A stretch of DNA of 16,123 nucleotides. Source: a virus. Lineage: Duplodnaviria; Heunggongvirae; Uroviricota; Caudoviricetes. Each line of letters opens with the position of its first letter. Position 1 is the first letter of the stretch. The DNA is taken from positions 1-16,123 of the IMG/VR virus record IMGVR_UViG_2558860288_000003; one strand, 5' to 3'. The translations under genes were made by a program, and so were the position numbers. Under the pieces are notes generated by a model, which made no database searches, had not been told where the DNA came from, and was given only the letters and a program-made list of their open reading frames with translations. Shown here piece after piece: positions 1 to 7,099 of this stretch.

Positions 1-216
1 AACACCCTCTGCCCAGGCGGCGTATTTCGGCAGCAGCTCCACCTTGATTTCCGCTTTTTTGACCGTGGACTGAACGCCCTTGAGACGGCGGCGGTCTTCC
101 GCCAGTTGCAGCAGCATCAGGTCATAGCCCGATGCGTGGCGAACACTGCCGCCCTCGCGGGCGGCCTGTTCAGCCTGAACGCGCAGGCGATGCTGCCGTG
201 CGGGACTCAGGCTCAT
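1..216 (-). CDS. Terminase small (endonuclease) subunit, P2 gpM family; N-terminal 72 codons only, gene runs off the window
   Basis: Minus-strand ATG at 216-214. The translation MSLSPARQHRLRVQAEQAAREGGSVRHASGYDLMLLQLAEDRRRLKGVQSTVKKAEIKVELLPKYAAWAEGV matches the N-terminal pattern of P2 gpM as I remember it (SPAQRH..RV, RHA, ML..LA.D.R.LK, ELLP, W..GV). A TAA of the preceding in-frame reading lies 3 nt upstream, as at the P2 N/M junction. Confidence 0.7.
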   Translation of the reverse strand, partial: MSLSPARQHRLRVQAEQAAREGGSVRHASGYDLMLLQLAEDRRRLKGVQSTVKKAEIKVELLPKYAAWAEGV

Positions 217-219
217 GGA

Positions 220-420
220 TTACGCTCCGGTTTCGGCTGCGGCGGCGCTGAAATCACCAATCTGGATGTTTTCCACCAGTGCGGCGCAGCGGTAGTCCTC
301 AACCACATAGGCTTCATTAACGGATTCAAAGTTTTCAATCCGGTCACGTTTCGGGTTGTCGATAACTGAACGGCGGCGGGTGTCTTCCTGCCAGTAGATG
401 GACAGGTCAACGAAGCCGAC
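220..420 (-). pseudogene. Major capsid protein (P2 gpN family) C-terminal remnant of about 66 codons with no start codon
   Basis: The minus-strand frame that ends in TAA at 222-220 reads VGFVDLSIYWQEDTRRRSVIDNPKRDRIENFESVNEAYVVEDYRCAALVENIQIGDFSAAAAETGA. This resembles the remembered gpN C-terminus (LSIYY..RRVI.ENPK.DR.EN.ES.N..YVVEDY...LVE.I..GDFS). It is bounded upstream by an in-frame stop at 421-423, contains no Met, and its 5' end overlaps the terminase reading frame. Confidence 0.5.
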
Positions 421-528
421 TTAAACCCTAACGTCGCCAACCGCAACAAAGGCCCGCGCCGTCAGCCGGAAAAGAATGTCTTCACCGATGAACAGATTGA
501 GAAGCTGGAAGAAATCTTCCATTCCTCC

Positions 529-1866
529 ATGTTCAACTACCAGCGCCACTGGTGGGAAGCCGGAAAAACCAACCGCATCCGCAACCTGCTGAAGTCACGC
601 CAGATCGGCGCGACCTTCTATTTTGCCCGTGAAGCCCTGATTGACGCTCTGCTTACCGGACGTAACCAGATTTTTCTTTCCGCCAGCAAGGCACAGGCCC
701 ACGTCTTCAAACAGTACATCATCGACTTTGCCAAAGAAGTGGAGGTGGAGCTGAAAGGCGATCCGATGGTGCTTCCCAACGGGGCCACACTGTATTTCCT
801 CGGCACCAATGCCCGCACGGCCCAGAGTTACCACGGCAACCTGTATCTGGATGAATATTTCTGGATACCGAAATTCCAGGAGCTGCGCAAAGTGGCTTCT
901 GGTATGGCTATTCACAAGAAATGGCGACAAACCTATTTTTCCACGCCATCCAGCCTGACACACAGTGCTTATCCGTTCTGGTCCGGTGCACTGTTCAACC
1001 GTGGGCGCAACAAAGCCGATAAGGTGGACATCGACCTGTCCCACAGCAATCTGGCCCCCGGCCTGCTGTGCGCAGACGGGCAATACCGCCAGATAGTCAC
1101 CGTGGAAGATGCGGTGCGCGGCGGCTGCAACCTGTTCGACCTTGACCAGTTGCGCATGGAGTACAGCCCGGACGAATACCAGAACCTGCTGATGTGCGAG
1201 TTTGTGGACGATCTCGCGTCCGTGTTTCCGCTCAGCGAGCTGCAGGCGTGCATGGTGGACAGTTGGGAAGTCTGGACCGACTTTCATGCTCTGGCCCTGC
1301 GCCCGTTTGGCTGGCGCGAAGTGTGGATCGGTTATGACCCGGCAAAAGGTACGCAGAACGGCGACAGTGCCGGATGCGTGGTGGTGGCACCGCCAGCCGT
1401 GCCAGGCGGTAAGTTCCGCATTCTTGAGCGTCACCAGTGGCGCGGGATGGACTTCCGCGCCCAGGCTGACGCCATCAAAAAACTGACCGAACAGTACAAC
1501 GTGACATACATCGGCATCGACTCAACTGGCGTCGGCCACGGGGTTTACGAGAACGTGAAAGCATTCTTTCCTGCCGTCCGGGAGTTTGTCTACAACCCCA
1601 ACGTTAAAAACGCCCTGGTACTCAAGGCCTACGACATTATCAGCCACCGCCGTCTGGAGTTTGACGCCGGACACACCGACATAGCGCAGTCATTCATGGC
1701 AATCCGTCGCGCCACCACCGCCAGTGGCAACCGCCCGACCTATGAAGCCAGCCGCAGCGAAGAAGCCAGCCACGCCGATCTGGCCTGGGCAACGATGCAC
1801 GCACTGTTTAACGAACCGCTGCAGGGCGAATCCGCCAATACCAGCAATATTGTGGAGATTTTTTGA
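529..1866 (+). CDS. Terminase large (ATPase) subunit, P2 gpP family; apparently N-terminally truncated
   Basis: The 445-aa ORF contains WWEAGKTNRIRNLLKSRQIGATFYFAREA and an acidic-residue-rich nuclease-like C-terminal half typical of P2-type large terminases. The frame stays open upstream to a TGA at 367-369 with protein-like sequence (LNPNVANRNKGPRRQPEKNVFTDEQIEKLEEIFHSS) but no start codon. The stop TGA overlaps the portal ATG. Confidence 0.8.
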   Translation: MFNYQRHWWEAGKTNRIRNLLKSRQIGATFYFAREALIDALLTGRNQIFLSASKAQAHVFKQYIIDFAKEVEVELKGDPMVLPNGATLYFLGTNARTAQSYHGNLYLDEYFWIPKFQELRKVASGMAIHKKWRQTYFSTPSSLTHSAYPFWSGALFNRGRNKADKVDIDLSHSNLAPGLLCADGQYRQIVTVEDAVRGGCNLFDLDQLRMEYSPDEYQNLLMCEFVDDLASVFPLSELQACMVDSWEVWTDFHALALRPFGWREVWIGYDPAKGTQNGDSAGCVVVAPPAVPGGKFRILERHQWRGMDFRAQADAIKKLTEQYNVTYIGIDSTGVGHGVYENVKAFFPAVREFVYNPNVKNALVLKAYDIISHRRLEFDAGHTDIAQSFMAIRRATTASGNRPTYEASRSEEASHADLAWATMHALFNEPLQGESANTSNIVEIF

Positions 1867-2894
1867 TGGGAAAGAGTAAGAAGAACCGCGCTGCGGCGAC
1901 GAAACAGATCCAGCTTAAAAGTCAAACTACAGCCGAAGCATTCAGCTTCGGCGATCCCGTTCCTGTTCTGGACCGCCGTGAACTGCTGGACTATGTGGAA
2001 TGCGTACAGATGGATCGCTGGTATGAGCCGCCTGTGAGTTTCGACGGACTGGCGCGAACCTTCCGCGCCGCCGTGCATCACAGTTCACCAATTGCGGTGA
2101 AATGCAATATTCTGACCAGTACCTACATCCCTCACCCGCTGCTCAGCCAGCAGGCTTTTTCACGTTTTGTGCAGGACTATCTGGTATTTGGTAACGCCTA
2201 TCTGGAGAAACGCACGAACCGGTTCGGTGAAATTATCGCTCTTGAGCCTGCCCTGGCAAAATATACCCGACGCGGGTTAGACCTGGATACCTACTGGTTT
2301 GTGCAATACGGTATGACCACGCAACCGTATCAGTTCACGAAAGGCAGCATTTTTCATCTGATGGAACCAGATATCAACCAGGAGATCTACGGCCTGCCCG
2401 GTTATCTTTCTGCCATTCCGTCAGCCCTGCTCAACGAGTCCGCCACGCTGTTCCGCCGTAAGTATTACATCAACGGCAGCCATGCAGGCTTCATCATGTA
2501 CATGACCGACGCCGCGCAGAACCAGGAAGATGTAAACAATCTCCGTAACGCGATGAAAAGCGCCAAAGGTCCAGGCAACTTCCGCAACCTGTTTATGTAC
2601 TCGCCTAACGGCAAAAAAGACGGGCTTCAGATTATTCCTCTGTCAGAAGTCGCGGCAAAGGATGAATTTTTGAATATCAAGAACGTGAGCCGGGATGACA
2701 TGATGGCAGCACACCGAGTGCCGCCGCAAATGATGGGGATAATGCCGAATAATGTTGGGGGATTTGGGGATGTGGAGAAGGCTAGTAAGGTTTTTATGCG
2801 TAATGAATTGATACCGCTACAAAACAGAATAGAAGAACTCAATAAATGGCTCAAAGATGACATAATAAAATTCATGCCATACAGTTTCATATAA
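1866..2894 (+). CDS. Portal protein, P2 gpQ family
   Basis: The ORF is about 342 aa from the ATG at 1866 (the ORF track began at an in-frame TTG at 1863). Size and position immediately downstream of the terminase ATPase gene match the P2 P-Q operon, with a TGATG overlap and GGAG upstream. Confidence 0.8.
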   Translation: MGKSKKNRAAATKQIQLKSQTTAEAFSFGDPVPVLDRRELLDYVECVQMDRWYEPPVSFDGLARTFRAAVHHSSPIAVKCNILTSTYIPHPLLSQQAFSRFVQDYLVFGNAYLEKRTNRFGEIIALEPALAKYTRRGLDLDTYWFVQYGMTTQPYQFTKGSIFHLMEPDINQEIYGLPGYLSAIPSALLNESATLFRRKYYINGSHAGFIMYMTDAAQNQEDVNNLRNAMKSAKGPGNFRNLFMYSPNGKKDGLQIIPLSEVAAKDEFLNIKNVSRDDMMAAHRVPPQMMGIMPNNVGGFGDVEKASKVFMRNELIPLQNRIEELNKWLKDDIIKFMPYSFI

Positions 2895-2899
2895 AACTA

Positions 2900-2920
2900 A
2901 GGGCCGAATACCTCGGCCCT
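2900..2920. terminator. Stem-loop between the convergent portal gene and cargo gene X
   Basis: AGGGCCGA-ATACC-TCGGCCCT forms a perfect 8-bp stem with a 5-nt loop. On the minus strand it is followed by TTAGTTTTAT, so it is a plausible intrinsic terminator for gene X and possibly also for Q. Confidence 0.45.
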
Positions 2921-2925
2921 CTACA

Positions 2926-4131
2926 TTAAGATTTATGGCTAAAGAGTATACCTGTAACAGAACGTTGATAGGCATCAAGCTTCTCTTGCCTCTGCTTAAA
3001 TTTAGATTTGATATCACTAATACTCGGAATACCTATTACTCCAAGGCCTGCACTTAACGCCGTTAAAGTAGTATTGCCAGTCAGCGCTCCAGCAATTGCT
3101 ATAGCACCATTTGCGATACATGGTAGGACATCTAGTCCGTAAATTCTCAATTTCTCTTTTTGGGCTTTTGCAAGAATCCTTTGATGTTCAATAAAAGCCC
3201 GGTCTACATTATCAATTACTTTTTGCGTTGTCCTCGAAAAGCTCTCTGCCGAAGAATTGATTAAAGAGTCAACACCATTTGATAAGATGGATCTTACATC
3301 CTCCATCAATTTGTTACGTCTCAACTCAATTATTTTATTGACCGGTACATTTCCTAACCATGAAAAACCATCTTGCATACCAGCAGATAACGCATGAACC
3401 ATATGCAAATTTTTTAGTTCAATATCATTGACATCAAAATTAAGAGATTCGTACTCAATAAGCCAAGTATAATAGAGCCAAGATGTGTCTGCATTTATAT
3501 ATGGAGTACTACCAAGTTCTTGTGCATTACATTTTGCTGAATAGGCTTGCGGCATTCTTCCAATGCAGGAAAGGAAAACCTCCATTCCAGCATGATCACC
3601 AACAAGATTACGTGATATTCTTTTTTTATCAGATAGTAGTTTTTCTAATTGAGTTTTTGGATTTAGCCCCCATGCTGTATCAAAAATAAGTCTATCTGCT
3701 CTCTTAATATTTTTAAGAACAGCATCAATATCATTCATCGAATAACTAAAATCTCGAAATTCATCGTAGCTTTCGAACCGTCGATCATAGAGATATTGCG
3801 CATGAGTCAGAGCATAAGGCTCACAAAAACTCATCAAATTTTTTTTGCTCTCAGTTTCAAAATCTCTTCTATCCGGCAAAATTAATACTATTGCTGGCTC
3901 TATATCTTCAAGCGCTACTTCTTTATATGTCATACATGTTAGGACATGCTTCAGAAGTATCCTTGTAAACTCAGCCTTATCTGACTTTTCATAGAGACGA
4001 CCGACTCTTAATATAGGACATGGAAGTGAAATAGTATCAACATACAACCCTGCAATAGAGACAGCATTCTCATCAAATGCAGGAAATAAGTCACCAGAAA
4101 AATTAGCTTTAAACTGAGAACCATCCTGCAA
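2926..4131 (-). CDS. Uncharacterised protein, C-terminal ORF of split gene X (candidate defence / abortive-infection effector)
   Basis: The 401-codon ORF in the track starts at a TTG. The same frame stays open and protein-like for 40 more codons upstream, to a stop at 4252-4254 (SIKFFSQQEEYVKQIEDIFPELYNQVIEFWQVTSDIGVIH), with no ATG. The C-terminal region has a hydrophobic Gly/Ala-rich stretch (LPCIANGAIAIAGALTGNTTLTALSAGLGVIGIPSI). The gene is strongly AT-rich by eye. Confidence 0.6.
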   Translation of the reverse strand: MQDGSQFKANFSGDLFPAFDENAVSIAGLYVDTISLPCPILRVGRLYEKSDKAEFTRILLKHVLTCMTYKEVALEDIEPAIVLILPDRRDFETESKKNLMSFCEPYALTHAQYLYDRRFESYDEFRDFSYSMNDIDAVLKNIKRADRLIFDTAWGLNPKTQLEKLLSDKKRISRNLVGDHAGMEVFLSCIGRMPQAYSAKCNAQELGSTPYINADTSWLYYTWLIEYESLNFDVNDIELKNLHMVHALSAGMQDGFSWLGNVPVNKIIELRRNKLMEDVRSILSNGVDSLINSSAESFSRTTQKVIDNVDRAFIEHQRILAKAQKEKLRIYGLDVLPCIANGAIAIAGALTGNTTLTALSAGLGVIGIPSISDIKSKFKQRQEKLDAYQRSVTGILFSHKS

Positions 4132-4205
4132 ATGTATTACACCAATATCGGATGTTACCTGCCAAAACTCTATTACCTGATTATATAACTCAGGAAAAAT
4201 ATCTT

Positions 4206-4598
4206 CTATTTGCTTAACATATTCTTCTTGTTGAGAAAAAAACTTGATGCTTTATGTGGCGTTGCATTAGTTTTTTTCATCAGATAAAACAACTCGCCAA
4301 AATTACTAAAAAGAATATTAAAGTAAGAACTTTGCAAGTCCTGAATAGAGTATTTGTTTTTTATATCTTCTCTTTCTAAAAAGTGATTAACCGCTGCTCC
4401 CATAGCCCTTATTCTGCCATCAACAGTAGAAGGGTCAACTTTACCATCCTGTCGCAGCCTTATTCTTTTAAAACTTTCAATAAAACCTTCTACAAGATGA
4501 TGAGCTATTTTTAGTTTTCCCGCTTCCAGTTGTTGCTTAATGAGAAAAACACGCTCAGTTAAATCATCTACATATTCCTCATCTTGATATTTTTCCAT
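4206..4598 (-). CDS. Uncharacterised protein, N-terminal ORF of split gene X
   Basis: ATG at 4598 with a GGAG 5 nt upstream (ttaatGGAGcgtttATG). The 130-codon ORF ends shortly after a T7 homopolymer (plus-strand A7 at 4236-4242). One extra T would fuse it in frame to ORF 2926..4131. Confidence 0.55.
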   Translation of the reverse strand: MEKYQDEEYVDDLTERVFLIKQQLEAGKLKIAHHLVEGFIESFKRIRLRQDGKVDPSTVDGRIRAMGAAVNHFLEREDIKNKYSIQDLQSSYFNILFSNFGELFYLMKKTNATPHKASSFFLNKKNMLSK

Positions 4599-4706
4599 AA
4601 ACGCTCCATTAAAATATTTAATAATGCATATAAGAATAGTTAATAATATTTACAGTAACTATATCACATTAGATCCAGATTGTTACACTGTTGCGCGCGC
4701 TCGTAT
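4599..4706 (-). promoter_or_regulatory. AT-rich upstream region of gene X (putative promoter)
   Basis: About 100 bp of very AT-rich non-coding sequence immediately upstream of the gene X start, with several TATA-like hexamers. No -35/-10 pair could be assigned with confidence. Confidence 0.3.
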
Positions 4707-4718
4707 CCCCGCCACGCC
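4707..4718 (-). other. cos-like motif: GGCGTGGCGGGG on the minus strand, matching the first 12 nt of the 186 cohesive end as remembered
   Basis: The plus strand reads CCCCGCCACGCC. The remembered 19-nt cohesive ends are GGCGTGGCGGGGAAAGCAT (186) and GGCGAGGCGGGGAAAGCAC (P2). Here the first 12 nt match 186 exactly and 3 of the remaining 7 also match (about 15/19). Orientation and position (between the A/tum side and Q) fit a cos site. Confidence 0.4.
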
Positions 4719-4767
4719 TGCTCGCTTTGTGTAGTGGTTTTCATGCAGGTGCATGACATAAGCAAAA

Positions 4768-4787
4768 GCCCGCCAGAACTGGCGGGC
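4768..4787 (-). terminator. Hairpin GCCCGCC-AGAACT-GGCGGGC followed on the minus strand by TTTTGCTT
   Basis: Perfect 7-9 bp GC-rich inverted repeat. On the minus strand a T-run follows it, so it is a possible second terminator or structured element in the cos-proximal non-coding region. Confidence 0.35.
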
Positions 4788-5003
4788 CTGCATCAAAACG
4801 ATCCTCAAACGATCATGCGTTCTCATGCAGCATAGTCATGCACGGATGAGAGAAATGAATGCGCGTATCCAAATGCCCGTTTGAAAAACGCAGATGAACT
4901 AAAAAAGCTTAAGGTCTACTATGAGCGAGAAACGGACATTTAATTTTCGAGTAGTGGAAATCGAAGCCAGTACCTGCCGGAGCCATAGTATCGAAACCAC
5001 GAA

Positions 5004-5031
5004 CAATAAAAAGCCTGGAAATATCCAGGCT
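5004..5031 (-). terminator. Intrinsic terminator downstream of the qor-like gene
   Basis: Stem GCCTGGA / TCCAGGC (7-8 bp) with a 4-nt loop. On the minus strand it is followed by TTTTTATTG, and it lies about 37 nt past the qor stop. Confidence 0.55.
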
Positions 5032-5066
5032 GCGCAAGACTCATTTATAGAATGCTGCGGTAAGGA

Positions 5067-6059
5067 TTACTCAACGGTCACAACTATTTTGCCGACCTGT
5101 CCATTGGACTCCATATAGCGCTGGGCGTCTGCAATCTCTTCGAACGGGAACGTCTTATCGATGACCGGCTTCAGTTTGCCGACTCGCAAGCCTTCTGTGA
5201 TAAAGGATTTTGCGCGCGCCATTTTTTCAGAGTCCGTCGTGATTTCAAACAGCTCATATCCACGCAGGGTGAGATGCTTACCGAGAATATCAAATACAGG
5301 CACAAGCATGTCACGGCTATCGAGCGCGCCGTACTGGAAAAACATACCCTGTGGTGCCATCACCTGCGTCAGTTTTGCCACGTCCGGCCCACCGACGGGA
5401 TCAAAAACAATATGGGCACCTGCGCCATCTGTTGCACGACTGATTTCAGCAACCATATCCTGCTCCGCAGTAGCAATGACGGCGGCTGCGCCAGCTTTAA
5501 GGAGCATTTCGCTTTTTTCAGAGGTCCGTGTGAGTGCAATTGGGTTTGCACCCAGCATGTTAGCAATCTGTATGGCAGCCAGACCCACGCTGCTTGATGC
5601 TGCGCGGATCACGACATTCTGACCAGCCTGAAGGTTGCCATACTCAACCAGCGCACCATAAGCGGTGACATACATCATCCAGCTTGCGGCGGCTTCCTCG
5701 AATGAAAGGTTTTCAGGATGCTTTACGACAGCATGAACCGGTGCGTTGACCACTTCACCATACATGCCGTATTCATTAAACATAAATGAAGGGATCACGC
5801 TTACCCGATCTCCAGTGGTAAACTCATCTACATTCTCACCTACTGCCTGTACAACGCCGGCCGCTTCATAACCAAGACGTGCCGGAAATTCCGGCTCAAT
5901 AACATATTGGCCGTTGCGGTACATGATTTCTGCACGGTTGATACCTATCGCATGTACGCGGATCTGCACTTCACCCGCTGTCGGTGCAGGCACCTGCACA
6001 TCAACAACTTCCAGCACTTCCGGGCCACCGGTGCGGTTAAAGGTAATAACTTTAGACAT
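5067..6059 (-). CDS. NAD(P)H:quinone oxidoreductase-like enzyme (medium-chain dehydrogenase/reductase superfamily)
   Basis: The translation MSKVITFNRTGGPEVLEVVDVQVPAPTAGEVQIRVHAIGINRAEI... has the typical quinone-oxidoreductase N-terminus and a Rossmann-type glycine-rich segment (VVIRAASSSVGLAAIQIA). ATG at 6059 with a GAGAG SD; the track start at 6065 is a TTG. Confidence 0.85.
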   Translation of the reverse strand: MSKVITFNRTGGPEVLEVVDVQVPAPTAGEVQIRVHAIGINRAEIMYRNGQYVIEPEFPARLGYEAAGVVQAVGENVDEFTTGDRVSVIPSFMFNEYGMYGEVVNAPVHAVVKHPENLSFEEAAASWMMYVTAYGALVEYGNLQAGQNVVIRAASSSVGLAAIQIANMLGANPIALTRTSEKSEMLLKAGAAAVIATAEQDMVAEISRATDGAGAHIVFDPVGGPDVAKLTQVMAPQGMFFQYGALDSRDMLVPVFDILGKHLTLRGYELFEITTDSEKMARAKSFITEGLRVGKLKPVIDKTFPFEEIADAQRYMESNGQVGKIVVTVE

Positions 6060-6208
6060 ATTCAACTCTCTTCAGTTAAAGGCACACCTTCAGAATAATG
6101 CCGAAGGGATGCCCGAATCATTTGTGAACAATCTACGTTGTTACGAACACACCAGAAATAGCTGAGAGGGAACTTCAGTATTAATTATCCATTAACAATC
6201 CGCCTGCT

Positions 6209-7099
6209 TCAGCGGATCTGCGTGGCCAGAATATCACTGAACCAGTCGATAAAGACGCGCACTTTTGGAGAAAGGTAGCGCCTGTCGGGATACATCACTG
6301 ACACGGGCTTTGACACCGATGGGTATTGCGGCAGAATCTCTTCAAGAGCGCCGGAAGCAATATGGGGAGCAACGGCATCATAGGTAGCCTGGATAATGCC
6401 CAGACCAGCCAGAGCACAAGAAAGCAGAATATCGGAATTATCAACCAGCAGGCTGCCCGCAGGACGTAGCGAAACAATGCTCCCGTCTTCGATAAACTTC
6501 CATTCCATGACGTCACGACTGTGGTCGCTAAAAAAGTTAATTGCCCGATGTTTATCCAGATCCGCAAGTGTTTCTGGCCGCTCATGCTGCTGCAGGTAAG
6601 ACGGGGCTGCACAGGTAACCATCCGGATGTCACCAAGACGTCTGGATATAAAACTAGAATCTTGAAGCGCCCCCAGGCGGACAAGGCAATCTACGCCTTC
6701 CGTAATCAAATCAGTTTTTTTATCGGAAGAAACCAGCACAACTTCAATACCTGGATACAGTGCCTGAAAATGCCTGAGATTAGGGATCAATATGGAATGC
6801 GCCAGCGCCAGGGGCACATCAAGTCTCAGGCGTCCTCGCGGTGGAAGTGTCGGTGAAAAACTGGCCATCATGTCATTAACTTCGGCCAGAACATGCCTAG
6901 CATGATGATAGAACTCATCCCCTTCAGCAGTAACGCTCAGCTTTCGGGTTGTGCGATAAATGAGTTTTACACCCAGATCATGCTCTATCTGCTGTATCGC
7001 TTTGCTCACAGTGGGGCGATGAATCTGAAGTACATCAGCAGCTTTCGTGAAGCTACCCTGCTCAACAACCTGTATGAAAATATTTAGGTATTCAATCAT
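6209..7099 (-). CDS. LysR-family transcriptional regulator
   Basis: From the ATG at 7099 the protein starts MIEYLNIFIQVVEQGSFTKAADVLQIHRPTVSKAIQQIEHDLGVKLIYRTTR..., the canonical LysR-family N-terminal helix-turn-helix. The rest has a substrate-binding-domain-like size of about 296 aa. Confidence 0.85.
   Translation of the reverse strand: MIEYLNIFIQVVEQGSFTKAADVLQIHRPTVSKAIQQIEHDLGVKLIYRTTRKLSVTAEGDEFYHHARHVLAEVNDMMASFSPTLPPRGRLRLDVPLALAHSILIPNLRHFQALYPGIEVVLVSSDKKTDLITEGVDCLVRLGALQDSSFISRRLGDIRMVTCAAPSYLQQHERPETLADLDKHRAINFFSDHSRDVMEWKFIEDGSIVSLRPAGSLLVDNSDILLSCALAGLGIIQATYDAVAPHIASGALEEILPQYPSVSKPVSVMYPDRRYLSPKVRVFIDWFSDILATQIR

Noticed and set aside
106-449. ORFs 106..369 (+) and 213..449 (-) from the six-frame track
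   Set aside because: Both lie antisense to or out of frame with the gpM start and capsid remnant. Their translations are low-complexity and not protein-like, and they have no RBS. They look like shadow ORFs of the real minus-strand coding frames.
595-1486. Minus-strand and alternate-frame ORFs inside the terminase gene (595..1434, 618..818, 969..1253, 1202..1486)
   Set aside because: They are embedded in a confidently assigned terminase ORF, and their translations are Arg/Ala/Gly-rich. This is the typical antisense artefact of a GC-balanced coding region.
2900-2920. The 21-bp palindrome after the portal gene as a possible cos site
   Set aside because: It has no resemblance to the G-rich P2/186 cohesive-end sequence, and a perfect hairpin between convergent genes is better explained as a terminator. 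A better cos candidate exists at 4707-4718.
4921-5118. 65-codon plus-strand ORF in the cos-proximal intergenic region
   Set aside because: It overlaps the qor 3' end and its terminator on the opposite strand, and its composition is not convincing. A small protein or RNA cannot be excluded, but there is no positive evidence.
5161-6165. Plus-strand ORFs antisense to qor (5161..5622, 5274..5597, 5907..6098, 5914..6165)
   Set aside because: They overlap a strongly supported oxidoreductase ORF on the other strand and are compositionally odd, so they are antisense artefacts.
6295-7087. Alternate-frame and antisense ORFs within the LysR gene (6295..6684, 6396..6599, 6521..6856, 6893..7087)
   Set aside because: The LysR reading frame is unambiguous, with a canonical N-terminal helix-turn-helix and full length. 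The others are shadows.
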